Shown: positions 1-14,535, numbered from the stretch's first letter. The stretch is DNA of 64,000 nucleotides from Eledone cirrhosa (GCA_964016885.1 OZ024758.1:17670001-17734000), one strand, 5' to 3'. Notes: generated from the sequence alone by a model not told the origin. Numbers and translations are program-made.

Positions 1-1152
1 TTTCACTCTCATTCTCTCTCTCTCTTGATCTCTCTCTCTTTCTCTCTCTCATTCTCTCTATCGCTCTCTTACTCGTTCTATCTCTCTTTCTCTCTCTCGC
101 TCACTCTCTCTTGCTCTATCTCTCATTCTCTCCATCTCTCTCTCCATCTCTCTTTCTCTTTTGTCTCCCCCTCTCTCTGTTTTCTCTCTCTCTCTTTTTT
201 TTCTCTCATTCACATACACATATGTATATACACATTAATTTGGGAAATGCAAATAAGGTAAAGAAATATTTATCTATTTATTCTGTGTCTCTACAGCAGT
301 TTCATTTAGAAAACTCATCATGAGCTGTGAACATTTTCAAATAAGAAAGGGAACATTTTCAAATAAGGGAACATTTTCAAATAAGAAAGGAACATTTTCA
401 AATAAGAAAGACTGTGTTGTTCACAGGACAACATCAGGGAACATTTTCAAATAAGAAAGACTGTGTTGTTCACAGGACAACCTGTCTAACCCATGCTAGC
501 GTGGAAGAACGGACGTAAAACCGTGATGATGATGATGATGATGATGATGATGACATGATTGACCACATGATAACTGGTGCTCTTTGACAAACAGAGATTG
601 ATGAAATATGTACCATACTTTGAAAATAAGCACTGTGATGAAATAAACCTTGGAAGATGTTACCCAAGCATGGCCAAAGTCCAATGCCTAAAACCTATAG
701 ATAAGTCAAATAAAATGGGACATTACTTAGTTAATGTTAGCCATTTCCTTCAGATATTTATAATCTTCATCATCATCATCACCGTTTTACGTCCGTTCTT
801 CCACGCTAGCATGGGTTAGACGGGTTGTCCTGTTGTGGGCAGTGTCTGGTCGGCTGACCATGCCTTGCTCATACAGGAACTGATCTGGCTTGATTTCTAC
901 AGCTGGATGCCCTTCCTAACACCAACCTCATTTACAGTGAGTGCTGGGTGCTTTTTCGTGGCGCCTACACGTCCACTTTACAGTGTGGGCTGGGTGCTTT
1001 TTTTGGCGCCTACACGTCCACTTTACAGTGTGGGCTGGGTGCTTTTTTGCCGTGGCACCTCCACGACCACCTTGCGGTGGGGGGGGGGGGGCATATTGTT
1101 TATATGCTTCAGCATGTACCCATGGGAGGTCGGGTACCCTGTATTACTGCGT

Positions 1153-1266
1153 GACGCCATTTAATCTTATTAAATGACGCCATTTAATCTTATTAAATGA
1201 CGCCATTTAATCTTATTAAATGACGCCATTTAATCTTATTAAATGACGCCATTTAATCTTATTAAA
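1153..1266. repeat. 23-bp tandem repeat x5
   Basis: tgacgccatttaatcttattaaa. Confidence 0.9.
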
Positions 1267-2248
1267 TAAAATGTTATTCTCAGTTTCTTAGTAGTTATAA
1301 AGATTTGAAAACAAACATAACTACATACTAACTTTGCATTCAATTGTTGTCTACACAATCTTACATTCAACTATATCATATCATTTCTTACCCTATACCT
1401 ATTTTCAGACATAGGATAGTAGGGTTGGTTTATATTCAAGTATATATGGCATGATTGACCTCATGATAACTGGTGCTTTTGGGCAAACAGAGATTGATGA
1501 AAGAGTTACTAGACCAGTCATGGGCACCCTCAAGCCCGCGGGCTGCATGCGGCCTGTGAAGCTTTCTGAATGGCTCGCCTAACTCACCTAAGTGAAATCT
1601 TTCTGACTTTTATACCCCAACTTTTCAGTCGTAATTTATAATAATAATAATTGTTTCTACTTTTGGCACAAGGCCAGCAATTACCCGGTGCATTACTGGT
1701 ACTTTATTTTATCGACCCCCGTAAGGATGAAAGGCAAAGTTAACCTCGGCGGGATTTGAACACAGAATGGCAAGGGCCGTAAACTCTTGCCATTCTGTGT
1801 TCAAATTATTGTGTACAGTGCTCAGGTGCACTACAACTCATCAAAGGAGCATGTAAAGTACATAGAATAATGTTCAAATGTCAGGAAAATGAACAGTGTT
1901 TGAGTCATGAAATACATGTGTGTGTGTGTATTGAGGGGTAGAGGAAGGATATCAGGTGTAGTGTTGGCAAATTTCTATCATTTTTGCGATCGAGCAAAAC
2001 AACGTGTACGAATTCTGAAGACACAAATGAAAACAACCTGAGTTACTGCCCTTTTTTTAATGGGGGCACGAATGTAGATTAGCACTTGCAGCCCATCTGA
2101 TGATAAGCCATATCTCATTTTGCCTGCTCTTTGAAAAAGGTTGCTCATGCCTGTAATAGATAATAGACTTTGAAAATTAAGCACTGTAATCAAATAAATC
2201 CTGGAAGGTGTTGCCCAAGCATGGCAGCAGTCCAATGACTAAAACCAA

Positions 2249-2698
2249 TCATCATCATCATCATCACCGTTTTAAGTCATTTCTTCCACGCTAGCATTGG
2301 TTAGACGGGTTGTCCTGTTGTGGGCAGTGTCCGGTCAGCTGACCTTGTCTTGCTCATATGGAAACTGCCTTGATTCTGGCTTGATTTCCACAGCTTGATG
2401 CCCTTCCTAAAACCAACCTCATTTACAGTGAGTGCTGGGTGCTTTTTTTTTCGTGGCGCCTAAACGTCTACTTTACAGTGTGGGCTGGGTGCTTTTTTGC
2501 CATGGCACCTCCACGACCACTTTGCAATGGAATGACAGGGACCCAGTCCTATCATATCATTTCTACAGCTGAGTAAACTGGAGCAATGTGAAATAAAGTG
2601 TCTTGCTCAAGGAAATAACACATCACCCGGTCCCAGAATTGAACTCACAACCTTTCGATTGCAAGGCCAATGCTCTAACCACTAAGCCATATGCCTTC
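2249..2698 (-). mobile_element. SINE family 1 copy with the alternative (type B) RTE tail
   Basis: Same head and body as 7502-7835; tail ccaatgctagcgtggaagaa..(TGA)n. Confidence 0.85.
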
Positions 2699-3191
2699 AC
2701 AATAAATAAGTAAAATAAAGAGAGAGGCAATACTTCGTTGTTGTTAGACATTTCTTTCAGATATTTGTACTTTTATTAAATAAAATGTTATTTTCAGTCT
2801 GTTAGTAGTTTTGAAGATTTGAAAGAAAACTTTCCTAACAATGGTATTTTACCTTATTTTCAATAAAATAACTTGAGACATGTACACACACATTCACTAA
2901 GTGGTTCATTGCTAGCTGAGTTCTTAGGAAGAAAATGTCTACAGTTTAGCAAAGTGACATTTAGATTTATGCAGATATTATGTTATGTATAGAACAAATG
3001 ATGCAGCCTCAAGATAATTTAGATGAATAAAGTCGCTGGTGTTTTATTTGTCAAATAAACATACATGACAATAAAAATAGTTTGACCCTGAAACTGACTG
3101 TCATGAAATGAAAATAAAAATTAAAAATAAATATATGATAGTATATGAAAAAATGTATATATATATATGTGTGTGTGTGTATATGTATATA

Positions 3192-3268
<77 letters not shown>

Positions 3269-3813
3269 GCCCATATATATATATATATATGTATGTAATA
3301 TACATATATATACATATATATATGTATGTATACAGAAAGAGAGTTAGAGAGAGAGAGGGGCCCTCAAAAAATCAATATGCACTTACACTATTCTAAGATA
3401 TACAGGAAGAGTTGGTAGAAATTCAATAATATGCAAGGAAATACTGAAAAGATGTAGTGACATTTCTGGCAGGCTGACATTACACCCAAGCATCAACTTG
3501 TCAAAGTCCGCTATCCTTTGTCTGAGAGGAAGAGAACACTGGGTTGGGATTGGTATTGGACATACTTGAGTGAGCTATGTGTATGAGAAAATAATAATGG
3601 TGAAGAAGCAAATCAGGTGGGGAGTAAATGTAATGGACATAGGATCAAATCAGAAATAAGTCAAAGTAAATATCACAATCTTTAGAATTCTAGATGTCTT
3701 CTGCAGTCGGTCTAACATTGATATTTAGAATTTTTTGGCATGACCGCATCCCAAATTAAGAATTTATAGCAAAGGCTAAGCTGAATAATCTACTGAATAA
3801 CATCACTGTAAAA

Positions 3814-4386
3814 TGGTAGAAGATACTTAGACATGTTCCATCAATGGCGACTTCTGGTGTTCTTGGCTCTAGGTAGAAGATGCTTAGACATGTTCCATCA
3901 ATGGAGACTTCTGGTGTTCTTGGCTCTAGGTAGAAGATGCTTAGACATATTCCATCAATGGAGACTTCTGGTGTTCTTGGCTCTAGGTAGAAGATGCTTA
4001 GACATGTTCCATCAATGGAGACTTCTGGTGTTCTTGGCCCTAGGTAGAAGATGCTTAGACATGTTCCATCAATGGAGACTTCTGGTGTTCTTGGCCCTAG
4101 GTAGAAGATGCTTAGACATGTTCCATCAATGGAGACTTCTGGTGTTCTTGGCTCTAGGTAGAAGATGCTTAGACATGTTCCATCAATGGAGACTTCTGGT
4201 GTTCTTGGCTCTAGGTAGAAGATGCTTAGACATGTTCCATCAATGGAGACTTCTGGTGTTCTTGGCCCTAGGTAGAAGATGCTTAGACATGTTCCATCAA
4301 TAGAGACTTCTGGTGTTCTTGGCTCTAGGTAGAAGATGCTTAGACATGTTCCATCAATGAAGACTTCTGGTGTTCTTGGCCCTAGG
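3814..4386. repeat. 57-bp tandem repeat, about 10 copies
   Basis: Unit aggtagaagatgcttagacatgttccatcaatggagacttctggtgttcttggctct. Confidence 0.95.
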
Positions 4387-6769
4387 GCCACCTCCCTTCT
4401 TACCACCATCAGCATAGAATGCTACCTGCAGGTGTGTGTCTCATGAAGTAGAATGTCTCATCCTGTGGGCTTCCTTCACCATCCTCTGGGAAAACACCTC
4501 TATTTTGTCTGCCGAACAGTCTAAGAACGTTAGAATTTTACCTTAGCAATTTAAATCATCCCAAATATTTTCAGATTTGTTATTAAAATTGCTAAGTTCC
4601 ACCATTCTCAATTTTTTCTCAGTTCTTTTGTCCTATTTCCTCTAATTCTTATTACCTTGGCATTTATAATCTGACACGCATTTTCAGGCTTCCAAATAAT
4701 TAAACTTAATTCTTAGTTAAATTTGTATTTCTTATTCCACAATGCTTCAAGCAAACTACAACACTTTGTTTTCAATATTGTAAGTATCTCATCGAATTCT
4801 CTAACAATTCCACCAACACTCTACCTAAAGACCTGTACTTTATTATTTATCAACTTCCAAAAGATGGAAGGTAAGGTTGACCCAAGTGTGATTTGAACTG
4901 ATAGCGTAGAACAAATACCACAGATTATTTAATCCAATGCACTAGCATCTCAGCCTATACACTGCTGCCAACAGCAATAGGTAGATTAAACAAACATGCT
5001 CCTCTGTTACTGAGATAACACTTCAAAAGTATTTGTTCTTGAAAAGTTAGATTACTCAGTGAGTGAGAAAATGAGTGAAGAATGAGCGACATTAAACATT
5101 GAAATACAGTATATCATTGTCCTGTAAAATAAAGTAGAAACTAATATTTTGCACAGTGATTGGTGCTATGTGAAGAATTAGTCTCTAATCAACTTCACCG
5201 TAAAACAATATAAAGCTCTTCAATTTTCAATTTGTATCTGATTTTTCGCCACATAAGCCATTACTATCTGACCAATGTTAATGAATATCCTTCAGTAATG
5301 TGTCAAATATGTCAGCTACACCTCTAAACATAAAAGTTATCATCTCATCTATGGTTACACATTCAACTATGCACATAGTAATCTTATCAGGAAAGACTGT
5401 AGAAATTAAAGACAGCTAATTAGAAACAACCAAAGGTAGTGTCACAATTAATATATTGCTGTAATTTTGAATTGATTTTTCCATACTTTAGATGATGAGA
5501 TCAGACATATTGTTGTGGACTATATTGCTTCAAGAGAAAGAACTTTAACCATTAGAATACAACATAACAAATCACAGTACATACACTGGTGATATGAATA
5601 GACAAATATTACATTGTATTATATATTAACGTAACTTTATACAATATGGTTAAATGATATTTGGACAATGATATTTCATCGATTTCAATGGTGAACATTC
5701 AGTTGTTTGATCAACTGAACATCCAAGTTGTGAATTAATGAGTAATAATAATGATTTTTTTTCTAAAGACACCAATTTGGGAAAAAGGGAAAGCCTATTA
5801 AATCAACCCCAGTGCATTACTGGTGCTCTATTTTATTGACCCTGTAAGGATGAAAAGCAAAGTTAGCCTAGTCAGGGTTTGAACTCAGAATTTAAAGGGT
5901 GGTAAATTTATGCTGCAAAGCATGGTGTCTGACGCTCTACTGATTCTGCCAATCCACCACCTTGTTAATGAGAAATAATAATAAGGATTTCTACTATAGG
6001 CTCAAGGCCAGCAATTTTCAGGGGAGTGAAAATTCGATTAAATCGACCGAAGTGCAATACTGGTACTTTATTTTATCGACCCCGTAAAGAGAAAAGGTCC
6101 GTGGCTGAGTTTTTAGAGATTGTGAGTTCGATTCCTTGAGCAAGGCACTTTATTTCACGTTGTTCCTTCTACCTGGAGTTGCGACCGATAGATAGTATCA
6201 GCAATTGGAAAGACCAATGGAAACAGTTTCCTCGGTCCGATTTGAAGAAAGTCAATCGACTGTCATTGGAGGATGAAAGGTAAAGTTAACCTTGGTGGGA
6301 TTTGAACTCAGAACGTAAAGGGTCATAACTCTGTGCTACAAAACAGTGTCCGACATAGTGCCAATCCACCACCACCATCATCATCGTTTTTATGTCAGAT
6401 TTACCATGCTAGTCTGATTAAGTAGGTGAATATTGGATAGACATGTATGATCCATCCAGCAGGGTTTTACACACTTTCCATTTCCCCAATTCCACTCATA
6501 TGACTTGGGTTGACTCAAGGCTATTGTATGATAAAGACACTTGCCTAAGATGATACACAGTGGAATTGAACCAAGAAACTCAGGATTTCAAAGTGATCTT
6601 CTTAGCCACTCGAATACACCTGCATATCTCTATGGCCCCACTACGTCACAAATAACCATGGTTTTTCACCTAGAAAGTTTCCCTCTGAGTCACAAACCTG
6701 GGCAAGGTCTGTTTTGTGGAAGACCAGTAGTTGCCCATGTATACCACACTCCCCTCTGCATGCCACCAA

Positions 6770-7950
6770 TGTTGTCCAAGGGAAAGGCAATGGCAGAATA
6801 CAGCTTGACACCAGTGACGTGACAACATATATATACATTATATACATACTATATATACACTATATATATACTATATATATACTTTACCCATCATATATAC
6901 ACTACATTATATATGTTGTCCAAGGAAAAGACACTGGCTGATACAGCTTGACACCAGTGATGTGACAACATATATATACATTATATACATACTATATATA
7001 CACTATATATATATATACTATATATATATACTATATATATATATACTATATATATACTTTACCCATCATATATAAACTACATTATATATGTTGTCCAAGG
7101 GAAAGACACCAGTGACGTGACAACATATATATATATATACATTATATAATTGCTATATATACACATTATAGTCTATATATACACTATATATACATATTAT
7201 ATATATACTTTACCCATCATATATACACTACATCATGTATGTTGTCCAAGGGAAATACAATGGCCAATACAGCTTGGTTCCAGTGTCGTTGCAACTCATG
7301 TACATTATATAACTATATATACAGTATATATATAGTATATATACAGTATATATACAGTATATATACAGTATATATACAGTATATATACAGTATACACTTG
7401 ATATACACTATACATGATGATGTCCAAGGGAAAGGCACTGGCTGATACTGCTTGACACCAGTGACGCTGCAACTCATATATATATACTATATATACAGTA
7501 TATCATTTCATTTTACGTCCACTTTTCCCTGCTTGCAAGGGTGGGACGGGAACTGATTCTGGCTTGATTTCTACAGCTGGATGCCCTTCCTAACACCAAC
7601 CTCATTTACAGTGAGTGCTGGGTGCTTTTTGTTGCCATGGCACCTCCACGACCACTTTGCAGTGGAATGATATGGACCCCAGTCCCTATCATCTCATTTC
7701 TACAGCTGAGTAAACTGGAGCAATGTGAAATAAAGTGTCTTGCTCAAGGAAACAACACATCACCCGGTCTGAGAATTGAACTCACAACCTTTCGATTGCA
7801 AGGCCAATGCTCTAACCACTAAGCCATGTGCCTCCAGTATATATACATTATATATGCACTATATCCAGTATATGTATACACTATATATATATGATGTCCA
7901 AGGGAAAGTCTATGGCCGATATAACTAGACACCAGTGAGGTCGCAACTCA
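6770..7950. repeat. Irregular tandem array of a ~55-bp SINE-internal segment alternating with TA-rich spacers (about 6 units)
   Basis: tgtccaagggaaaggcactggctgatacagcttgacaccagtgacg recurs at about 6772, 6916, 7091, 7242, 7421 and 7895. Confidence 0.8.
7502..7835 (-). mobile_element. SINE family 1: tRNA head + CORE-like segment + RTE 5'UTR-derived segment + RTE 3' tail
   Basis: Head ggaggcacaTGGCTTAGTGGttagag (A box)...GAGTTCAATTC (B box); CORE-like ccttgagcaagacacttta...cagtttactcagctgta; gttaggaagggcatcca shared with the LINE 5'UTR; 3' end shared with the LINE. Confidence 0.88.
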
Positions 7951-8525
7951 TTTTTCCAGCTGAATAAACTGGAGCAACAAGAAATAGTGTGTTGTTCAAG
8001 GACACAATGCATCTCCTGGTCTGAGAATCAAACTCATAATTGCAAGCCCAATACTCTAAACAATAAACATAGGTTGAATAGCCGAAAGTATGGGATATAA
8101 CATTACTTAGATATTAGAGTATGAATTCAAATTTGCTGCAAATATTTTGTTCAGTTTGTGTTCAAATTGGTTTGTTCTATCTTACCTTAGTTCCCCTATA
8201 TTTGGATATATATTCCACTCTATCTGGTAATGAATGTTAACAATGATATACTGCTGTCATCTTCATGGGAAGACATATTTCTCATGTGAGTCATATTAGG
8301 AAACTATAGCTAACAACAGGCTCTTAAAAGCCCATCAGGATTGAGGAGCATTTACATACATACACACATACATATATATATTTATATATAGATATATAGA
8401 TATATATTTACACACACACACATATTTGTGTATACACACACACACACATATGTATGTATACATATATACATACACAGATGTGTATATATATATAATATGC
8501 ATGCATATATATATAATATGCATGA

Positions 8526-8556
<31 letters not shown>

Positions 8557-8597
8557 ATAATATGCATGCATATATATATATATATATATAATATGCA

Positions 8598-8656
<59 letters not shown>

Positions 8657-9577
8657 GCATATATATATGTAGTGTCTTTATCTAGAAGCTTTGGGGACAG
8701 ATGTTAGATAATATAATTAATATTTGGGTATACAAATCTAGCTTCAGATTCAGTTGATATATAATACAATTGTAGATAGAATCAGTAATAAATGTAAATG
8801 ATACGGTTGCAGTTGTGTTGATATCTTAAGCTTAAAAATATGTGTTACATAGTAGAAAGTAATACTCACTGGAGACCAAGAATAATGTTTGAAATTAGGC
8901 ATTCATCAAATTTTAGTAGAAAGTTTTAATGAGGGGTATAGACTAAAATATGAGGAAGAGAGTTAATATGAAGGTATTCAGTATTAAGTTCCAGAGGGTT
9001 TTGATTATGATGATGCTGATGATGGTGATGATGATGATGATGATGAAGGCAATGATTTCATTATGAATATACACTCCTGAAAGCTATGATTACAGCAATG
9101 CTGAATATATGATCACACCTAATGACTATGATTTCAGCTTGTATGTGAGCATTATCATCATCATCATCATCGTTTGATGTCCATTGTCTATGCTAGCATG
9201 GGTAGCACAGGCTGTCTCTTTTTGAGAGAGCAGGTTGGAAGGTGTGTTTCGTTCACACAGGACTGATTTTGGCTTGGTTTCTACAGCTAGGTGCCCTTCC
9301 TAATGCCGACCATATTTACAGTGTGTGCTGGGTGTTTATACTTGTGTCAATGATGATACAGACAGAAATATGAGGAAGAGTCAACATAAAATAATTTATG
9401 TATTAAGTTCCAGAGAATAATAATGGTGATGATGATAATGGTGATGATGACCACATGTTGCTGATGCAGATAAGGTTATACTACTCTGAAGCTTATTGAA
9501 GAATGCTTATTTAATTTTATTTTGTATACTATTATTCAAAATACTCAATCATTCCATGTAGACAATTATTCACACAT

Positions 9578-10010
9578 ATACAGTAGTGAGACATTGGCAG
9601 TAACTGTGGAGGATATGCAAAGGGTGGAGAGAAAGGAAGCAAGAATGCTCTGATGGATGTGCAGTGTCAATGTGCGTGAATCACTAAGCGTTGACAAGTT
9701 GAGAGTGAAACTGTGTATAAGAGGGATAAGCTGTAGTGTGCGGGAGAGAAGACTACATTGGTATGGCCATGTGATGCACATGGAAGATGACCGCTGGGTG
9801 AAAAAGTGCCAAGTAATACCAGTGGAAGGAAGATGGAGTTGAGGAAGACCAGGGAAAACATGGACGAAGGTGGTGAGAGCTGACCTCAGATCACTGAAGC
9901 TTACAGAGTAGATGACGAAGGGCCGTGACAAATCGAGAGATGCTGTGCTGAAGAGGATTTATCCCACCCTTGCAAAGAGGGTAAAGCGGACGTAAAATGA
10001 TGATGATGAT
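9578..10010 (+). mobile_element. 5'-truncated, decayed RTE LINE copy
   Basis: Encodes MCSVNVRES...[21 protein letters not shown], matching the C-terminus of the full ORF. Contains in-frame stops and ends gcggacgtaaaatgatgatg. Confidence 0.9.
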
Positions 10011-10239
10011 ACAGTGAGATATATAATTAAATACACAAATATTTCCAGAAACAACCATGAATACACAGGTAACTGTCTATCAGAATATAATACTATACTA
10101 GCTGGCCTTGTGCCATCAAAAATGATGGTTAATTTAGATATGTATATATAATATAAAAAAGAGATCTTTGCTTGTTAGTTGGTTGGTTCCTTCGCATTCT
10201 CTTACACAAGTGATAGAAACATACAAACCTTTCTCACTT

Positions 10240-10490
10240 AACATTATCCCCCCTTCCCTCCTCGCTCAACGTTATCACCCCTTCCTTAGTCAACGTTATC
10301 ACCCCTTCCTTCCTCAGTCGATGTTATCATCCCTTCCTTCCTCAGTCGACGTTATCACCCCTTCCTTCCTCAGTCGACGTTATCACCCCTTCCTTCCTTC
10401 CTAAGTCAACGTTATCACCCCTTCCTTTCTCAGTCAAAGTTATTACCCTTCCTTTCTCAGTCAACGTTAGCACCCCTTCCTTCGTCAGTC
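10240..10490. repeat. ~28-bp pyrimidine-rich tandem repeat, about 9 copies
   Basis: acgttatcaccccttccttcctcagtc(a/g). Confidence 0.88.
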
Positions 10491-11540
10491 ATCTCTTGGG
10501 ATGGACAAAAAACACAAGAGTATTATATATTAGTAGATGCTTACAAACGAGAAATGATGAACTGTAGTGCTAAACACATTTTACACAATACTAGTATAGT
10601 TTGTGGTTTGTATTATTGTATTTCAGTCAGTGAATATATTAACAATGATCATGCTGCAGTCAATTTAAATATTGCTTTAAGTAAGAATGAATGATCATTC
10701 AAGCAATAAGTCTATAACATAATTTACATATTAACATTGCAGTCAGTTTTAAAACACTTTTACCACAATCTAGAATATCAGTATCAGTAATTTCTGTAAA
10801 AGTAGGAATGTTTTCATCACCTTACTTTTAAAAGTTCATTGTGTAATATAGTGAGACAAAGTAAACATGACAAACTATGTTGAAATCAATACGAGGTTTA
10901 GTCTAAAATATATTCATGTTATGTTAGAAACTTACAAAATAAACTTTACTTAGTATTGGTACCAATGTAAACATAACTTATCTTTCCTAGTAATACCAAT
11001 TGATGATAGAAAGCACCATAAAAAAACTCAAGCTAAAAATGGTTATATAACTAGAAAATATCATCATATACATTGGCATAACCATAGAATATGGTTTAAG
11101 TAACTAGAAAACAGCATCAAATACATTGGCAGAATCTGTGCAAAAGAGCATCTAGCAAAAACGTGCAACATTTTCACTTTGTTGTTTTACAACTGTAGGA
11201 ATATAACCAGAACAAACTACATTTTATGAAGATAAACAACTAATAAAAACGTTTGAAGTAACAACACTTCAGCCATATACATGGAAATACTGGATCTCAT
11301 AGTATAATCATGTTAATCTAATATATAATGATTGGAGAACTGTGCAACTGTGTCAGGGATAATTTTTCTGAACAACCTTATTAAAATAAGTTGGATTACT
11401 TTGAATAAATCCTGAATGAATATTATATAATTCATCTACTAAATTTTGTAGCTCTTGATTAAACATAAATTTTCTTATGTATTGCTTATTTTAAAATTCA
11501 CTTCTTTCTGGTTGGCATCCATTATATCATAACACATAAA

Positions 11541-11868
11541 GGGCGGTGGATTGGCAGTATCGGTAGAAGGTCGGACGCCATGCTGGGGTCGATTTAATCG
11601 ACTTTCCCCTCCGCCAAAATTGCTGGCCTTGTGCCTATATAAGAAACAATTATATCATAACACATATCATAACACACGGGCGGTGAATTGGCAGTATCGG
11701 TAGAGGGTCGGACGCCATCCTTTCCAGCATAGTTACGTCCCTTTACGGTCTGAGTTCAAATCCCGTCGAGGTTAACTTTGCCTTTCATCCTTACGGGATC
11801 GATAAAATAAAGTACCAATAATGTACTGGGTAATTGCTGGCCTTGGGCCAAAAAATAGAAACAATTAT
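11541..11868 (+). mobile_element. Two tandem SINE family 2 copies (first internally deleted)
   Basis: Family consensus; attatatcataacacata repeated at 11521, 11649 and 11864. Confidence 0.82.
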
Positions 11869-12468
11869 ATCATAACACATATAGCCGTATGCTATATCAC
11901 ACTGGTTATATAAACATTCATATATTTGCACCATAACGTTTATATTTCCATCACTAATTTTCTCCTTTTTTGTTTTCATAACATTTTGCTGTAATGCAGT
12001 TTATATATAATATCGTCATTTTTAAATGCATCATGGATTACTTTATCGATTACAGAAGAGTATAACAGTCTCTCTCCAATTTCTGTGCATATTGTCAATT
12101 ATGATTTTATTTGACATATCATATCTATATGCATATATATTTGCGTATAATATCAATATGCACACTTTAGCTGTTTTTTCTGCTAGTCTATATAATATTT
12201 GTTTTTTAGTAATGAAGGGAATAGCAATAATAAAACTCCAATCTCACATATGTGGATGTGAACAAAATAGATTATTTTATGCTAATACATAGTTCAATTA
12301 TGAATTTCATATTCTAACTAGACAAACGTGAGCTGTCGGGTCACGTTCACTTAAAAATGTTTTAAAAATCATGTTAACTTAAAAATAATTTTTAAATAAT
12401 CAAATTATACACACATGTATATAGGTAAAATGAAATTGGAAAGCCCACACATATATATATATATATAT

Positions 12469-12635
12469 ATAGGAACAAGTAAGACCCCGACGGCTGAGCT
12501 CAAGCCGTTTCATCGAAACGGCTTGAGCTCAGCCGTTGGGGTTTTACTTGTTCCTATTACCCACTCTACTACCCTAAGTATTGAGTACTTTGGTGCATTA
12601 TGGTCCACCTGGTTCCTTACCACATTTCCTTCGTT
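12469..12635 (+). mobile_element. Hairpin-plus-tail element, family d, copy 1
   Basis: Inverted arms 12469-12557 (centre atc) plus a 78-bp tail; flanked by (TA)n; homologous to the copies at 42688 and 55605. Confidence 0.8.
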
Positions 12636-12700
12636 ATATATATATATATATATATAGTTCAAAATATTAATAAATGAAGACGTTCACATAATCAAAGTAT

Positions 12701-12770
12701 ATGTTTTATTATATATATTTCGGAGGTACTGTGCTGTTTTTTCAGTACGTCCTCGTCAGATAAAATACAT
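12701..12770 (-). ncRNA. Type I hammerhead ribozyme in a solo fragment (about 12657-12798) between (TA)n tracts
   Basis: Minus strand reads ttttat CTGACGA ggacgtactg..cagtacctcc GAAA tatata TA ataaaa, with palindromic stem III ATATATAT. Confidence 0.78.
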
Positions 12771-13124
12771 GAATTGATGTATGACATACCTCAAAGTTAT
12801 ATATATATATGTGTGTGTGTGGGGGGAGGGGAGGGTATATATATATTCTCTCCTTATGATTCTCTTTCGATCTACTCTCTCACAACCACTATCTCTTTCT
12901 CTATCTTTATTTATGAAGCTACCTGGAAAAACCCCCGTATCTCAGGAACCCATGCTCCTATTTATGTGAAACTGTTTTTTATTCCATTTGAATTCCAATT
13001 TCAAGGGCAACTTTCTTTCAAATTATTTTCCCACTATGCACCGTTGTGGCTGCATTAAATAAGACAAGCACACAATCTCAGAAGTTTTAATAATATACCG
13101 CCTTGCCTAAGTACAAAGCGAAAC

Positions 13125-13500
13125 CTACAGACAGTAGGCACCTCTAACAAAAATACGCCCCGTGCAACTACCCCCACCCCATCCACACCACCCCTTCCAA
13201 TGTAAAGTTATGTTGGTACCACAACATCCAGTCCGAAACAAATGAGATCGTGTAGGTGTCACGACAATAAAACACACAGTCCACGCTGTAATGTGGCCAT
13301 GTAGGTAACACGGTAAAAACCTCCCAGTCCACACTGTAAATGTGGTTGGTGTTAGGAAGGGCATCCAGCCATAGAAAACCCGTCAGACAGTTCTATACGA
13401 GCAAGACAACCAATCTTGCCTCAAGTGGTAAAATTCCCGTCCAAACCCATGCTAACGTGGAAGATGGACGTTAAACGATGATGATGATGATGATGATGAT
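13125..13500 (+). mobile_element. Non-autonomous RTE-tailed element with ~48-bp internal repeats (family 1b). Related copies at about 768-1078, 9153-9350, 20481-20925, 38900-39115, 46100-46430, 55294-55460, 57403-57690, 63010-63497
   Basis: Repeated ccagtccacactgtaaa.gtggt unit, then gttaggaagggcatccagc, then tail cccatgctaacgtggaagatggacgttaaacgatgatg. No tRNA head seen in this copy. Confidence 0.75.
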
Positions 13501-13949
13501 AGATTATATATTTCACACAACTAATTCTTAGGGGTTGATCTTATACTGCAAATATTGGGGAATCAGTCTCAAAATTAAGGTCTGATCTTCATATTTAACT
13601 CATTCATACTTACATACATATTTTACTTTGCATGTCCCTTATAAACTCACCATGCATAAATTTTGCAAACTTCCACATCAGACTATAAAGAATGGCTCAA
13701 CAACTGACTGTTAACAGATGTGGTAAAATGACCAAGTAGTAAATGTAAGATGAAAGACATTCAAACATAATATATATTATCTTCAGAAATAATAATAAAG
13801 CAAAGCTTGCTGTCACAGTTTCTGTGTGATTGTAAAGGCTAGAGTGACTTTACCCTGATAGATTAATGTTTGTCCTAACACGCAAACTAAGAACAAATCA
13901 CCTGCCAACCAAAGGCAGCTGAAGAATATTCCTCTCCCTCTGTCTATAA

Positions 13950-13970
13950 ATATACATTGATATATATACA

Positions 13971-14040
<70 letters not shown>

Positions 14041-14043
14041 CAA

Positions 14044-14088
<45 letters not shown>

Positions 14089-14094
14089 TATATA

Positions 14095-14125
<31 letters not shown>

Positions 14126-14149
14126 GTTTAATGTCCATCTTCCATATAC

Positions 14150-14193
<44 letters not shown>

Positions 14194-14328
14194 GTATGTA
14201 TCTATATATATATACATATGTATATATATATAAAGTTATATATATATATATATATATATACATTTGTATATATATATATATATATACATATGTATATATA
14301 TATATACATATGTATATATATATATATA

Positions 14329-14382
<54 letters not shown>

Positions 14383-14437
14383 TATATACATATGTATATA
14401 TATATATACATATGTATATATATATACATATATATAC

Positions 14438-14535
<98 letters not shown>
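13950..14535. repeat. Long (TA)n/(CA)n microsatellite, representative of dozens of (TA)n, (CA)n, (GA)n and (CAT)n tracts in the window
   Basis: Direct inspection. Confidence 0.95.

Noticed and set aside
255-345. Candidate host exon after a tctctacag acceptor-like site
   Set aside because: No recognisable protein similarity or convincing donor site, and it runs into a local tandem repeat.
3756-4415. 219-aa and 156-aa repeat ORFs
   Set aside because: Artefacts of a 57-bp tandem repeat that is open on both strands.
6770-7480. Repeat-spacer pattern superficially like a CRISPR array (also considered for the 31-bp array at 16251)
   Set aside because: Spacers are related TA-rich microsatellites or absent, the context is eukaryotic, and there are no cas genes.
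7760-7835. tRNA-like sequence with A and B boxes
   Set aside because: It is a SINE head repeated many times and lacks a complete cloverleaf/acceptor stem, so it is not a tRNA gene.
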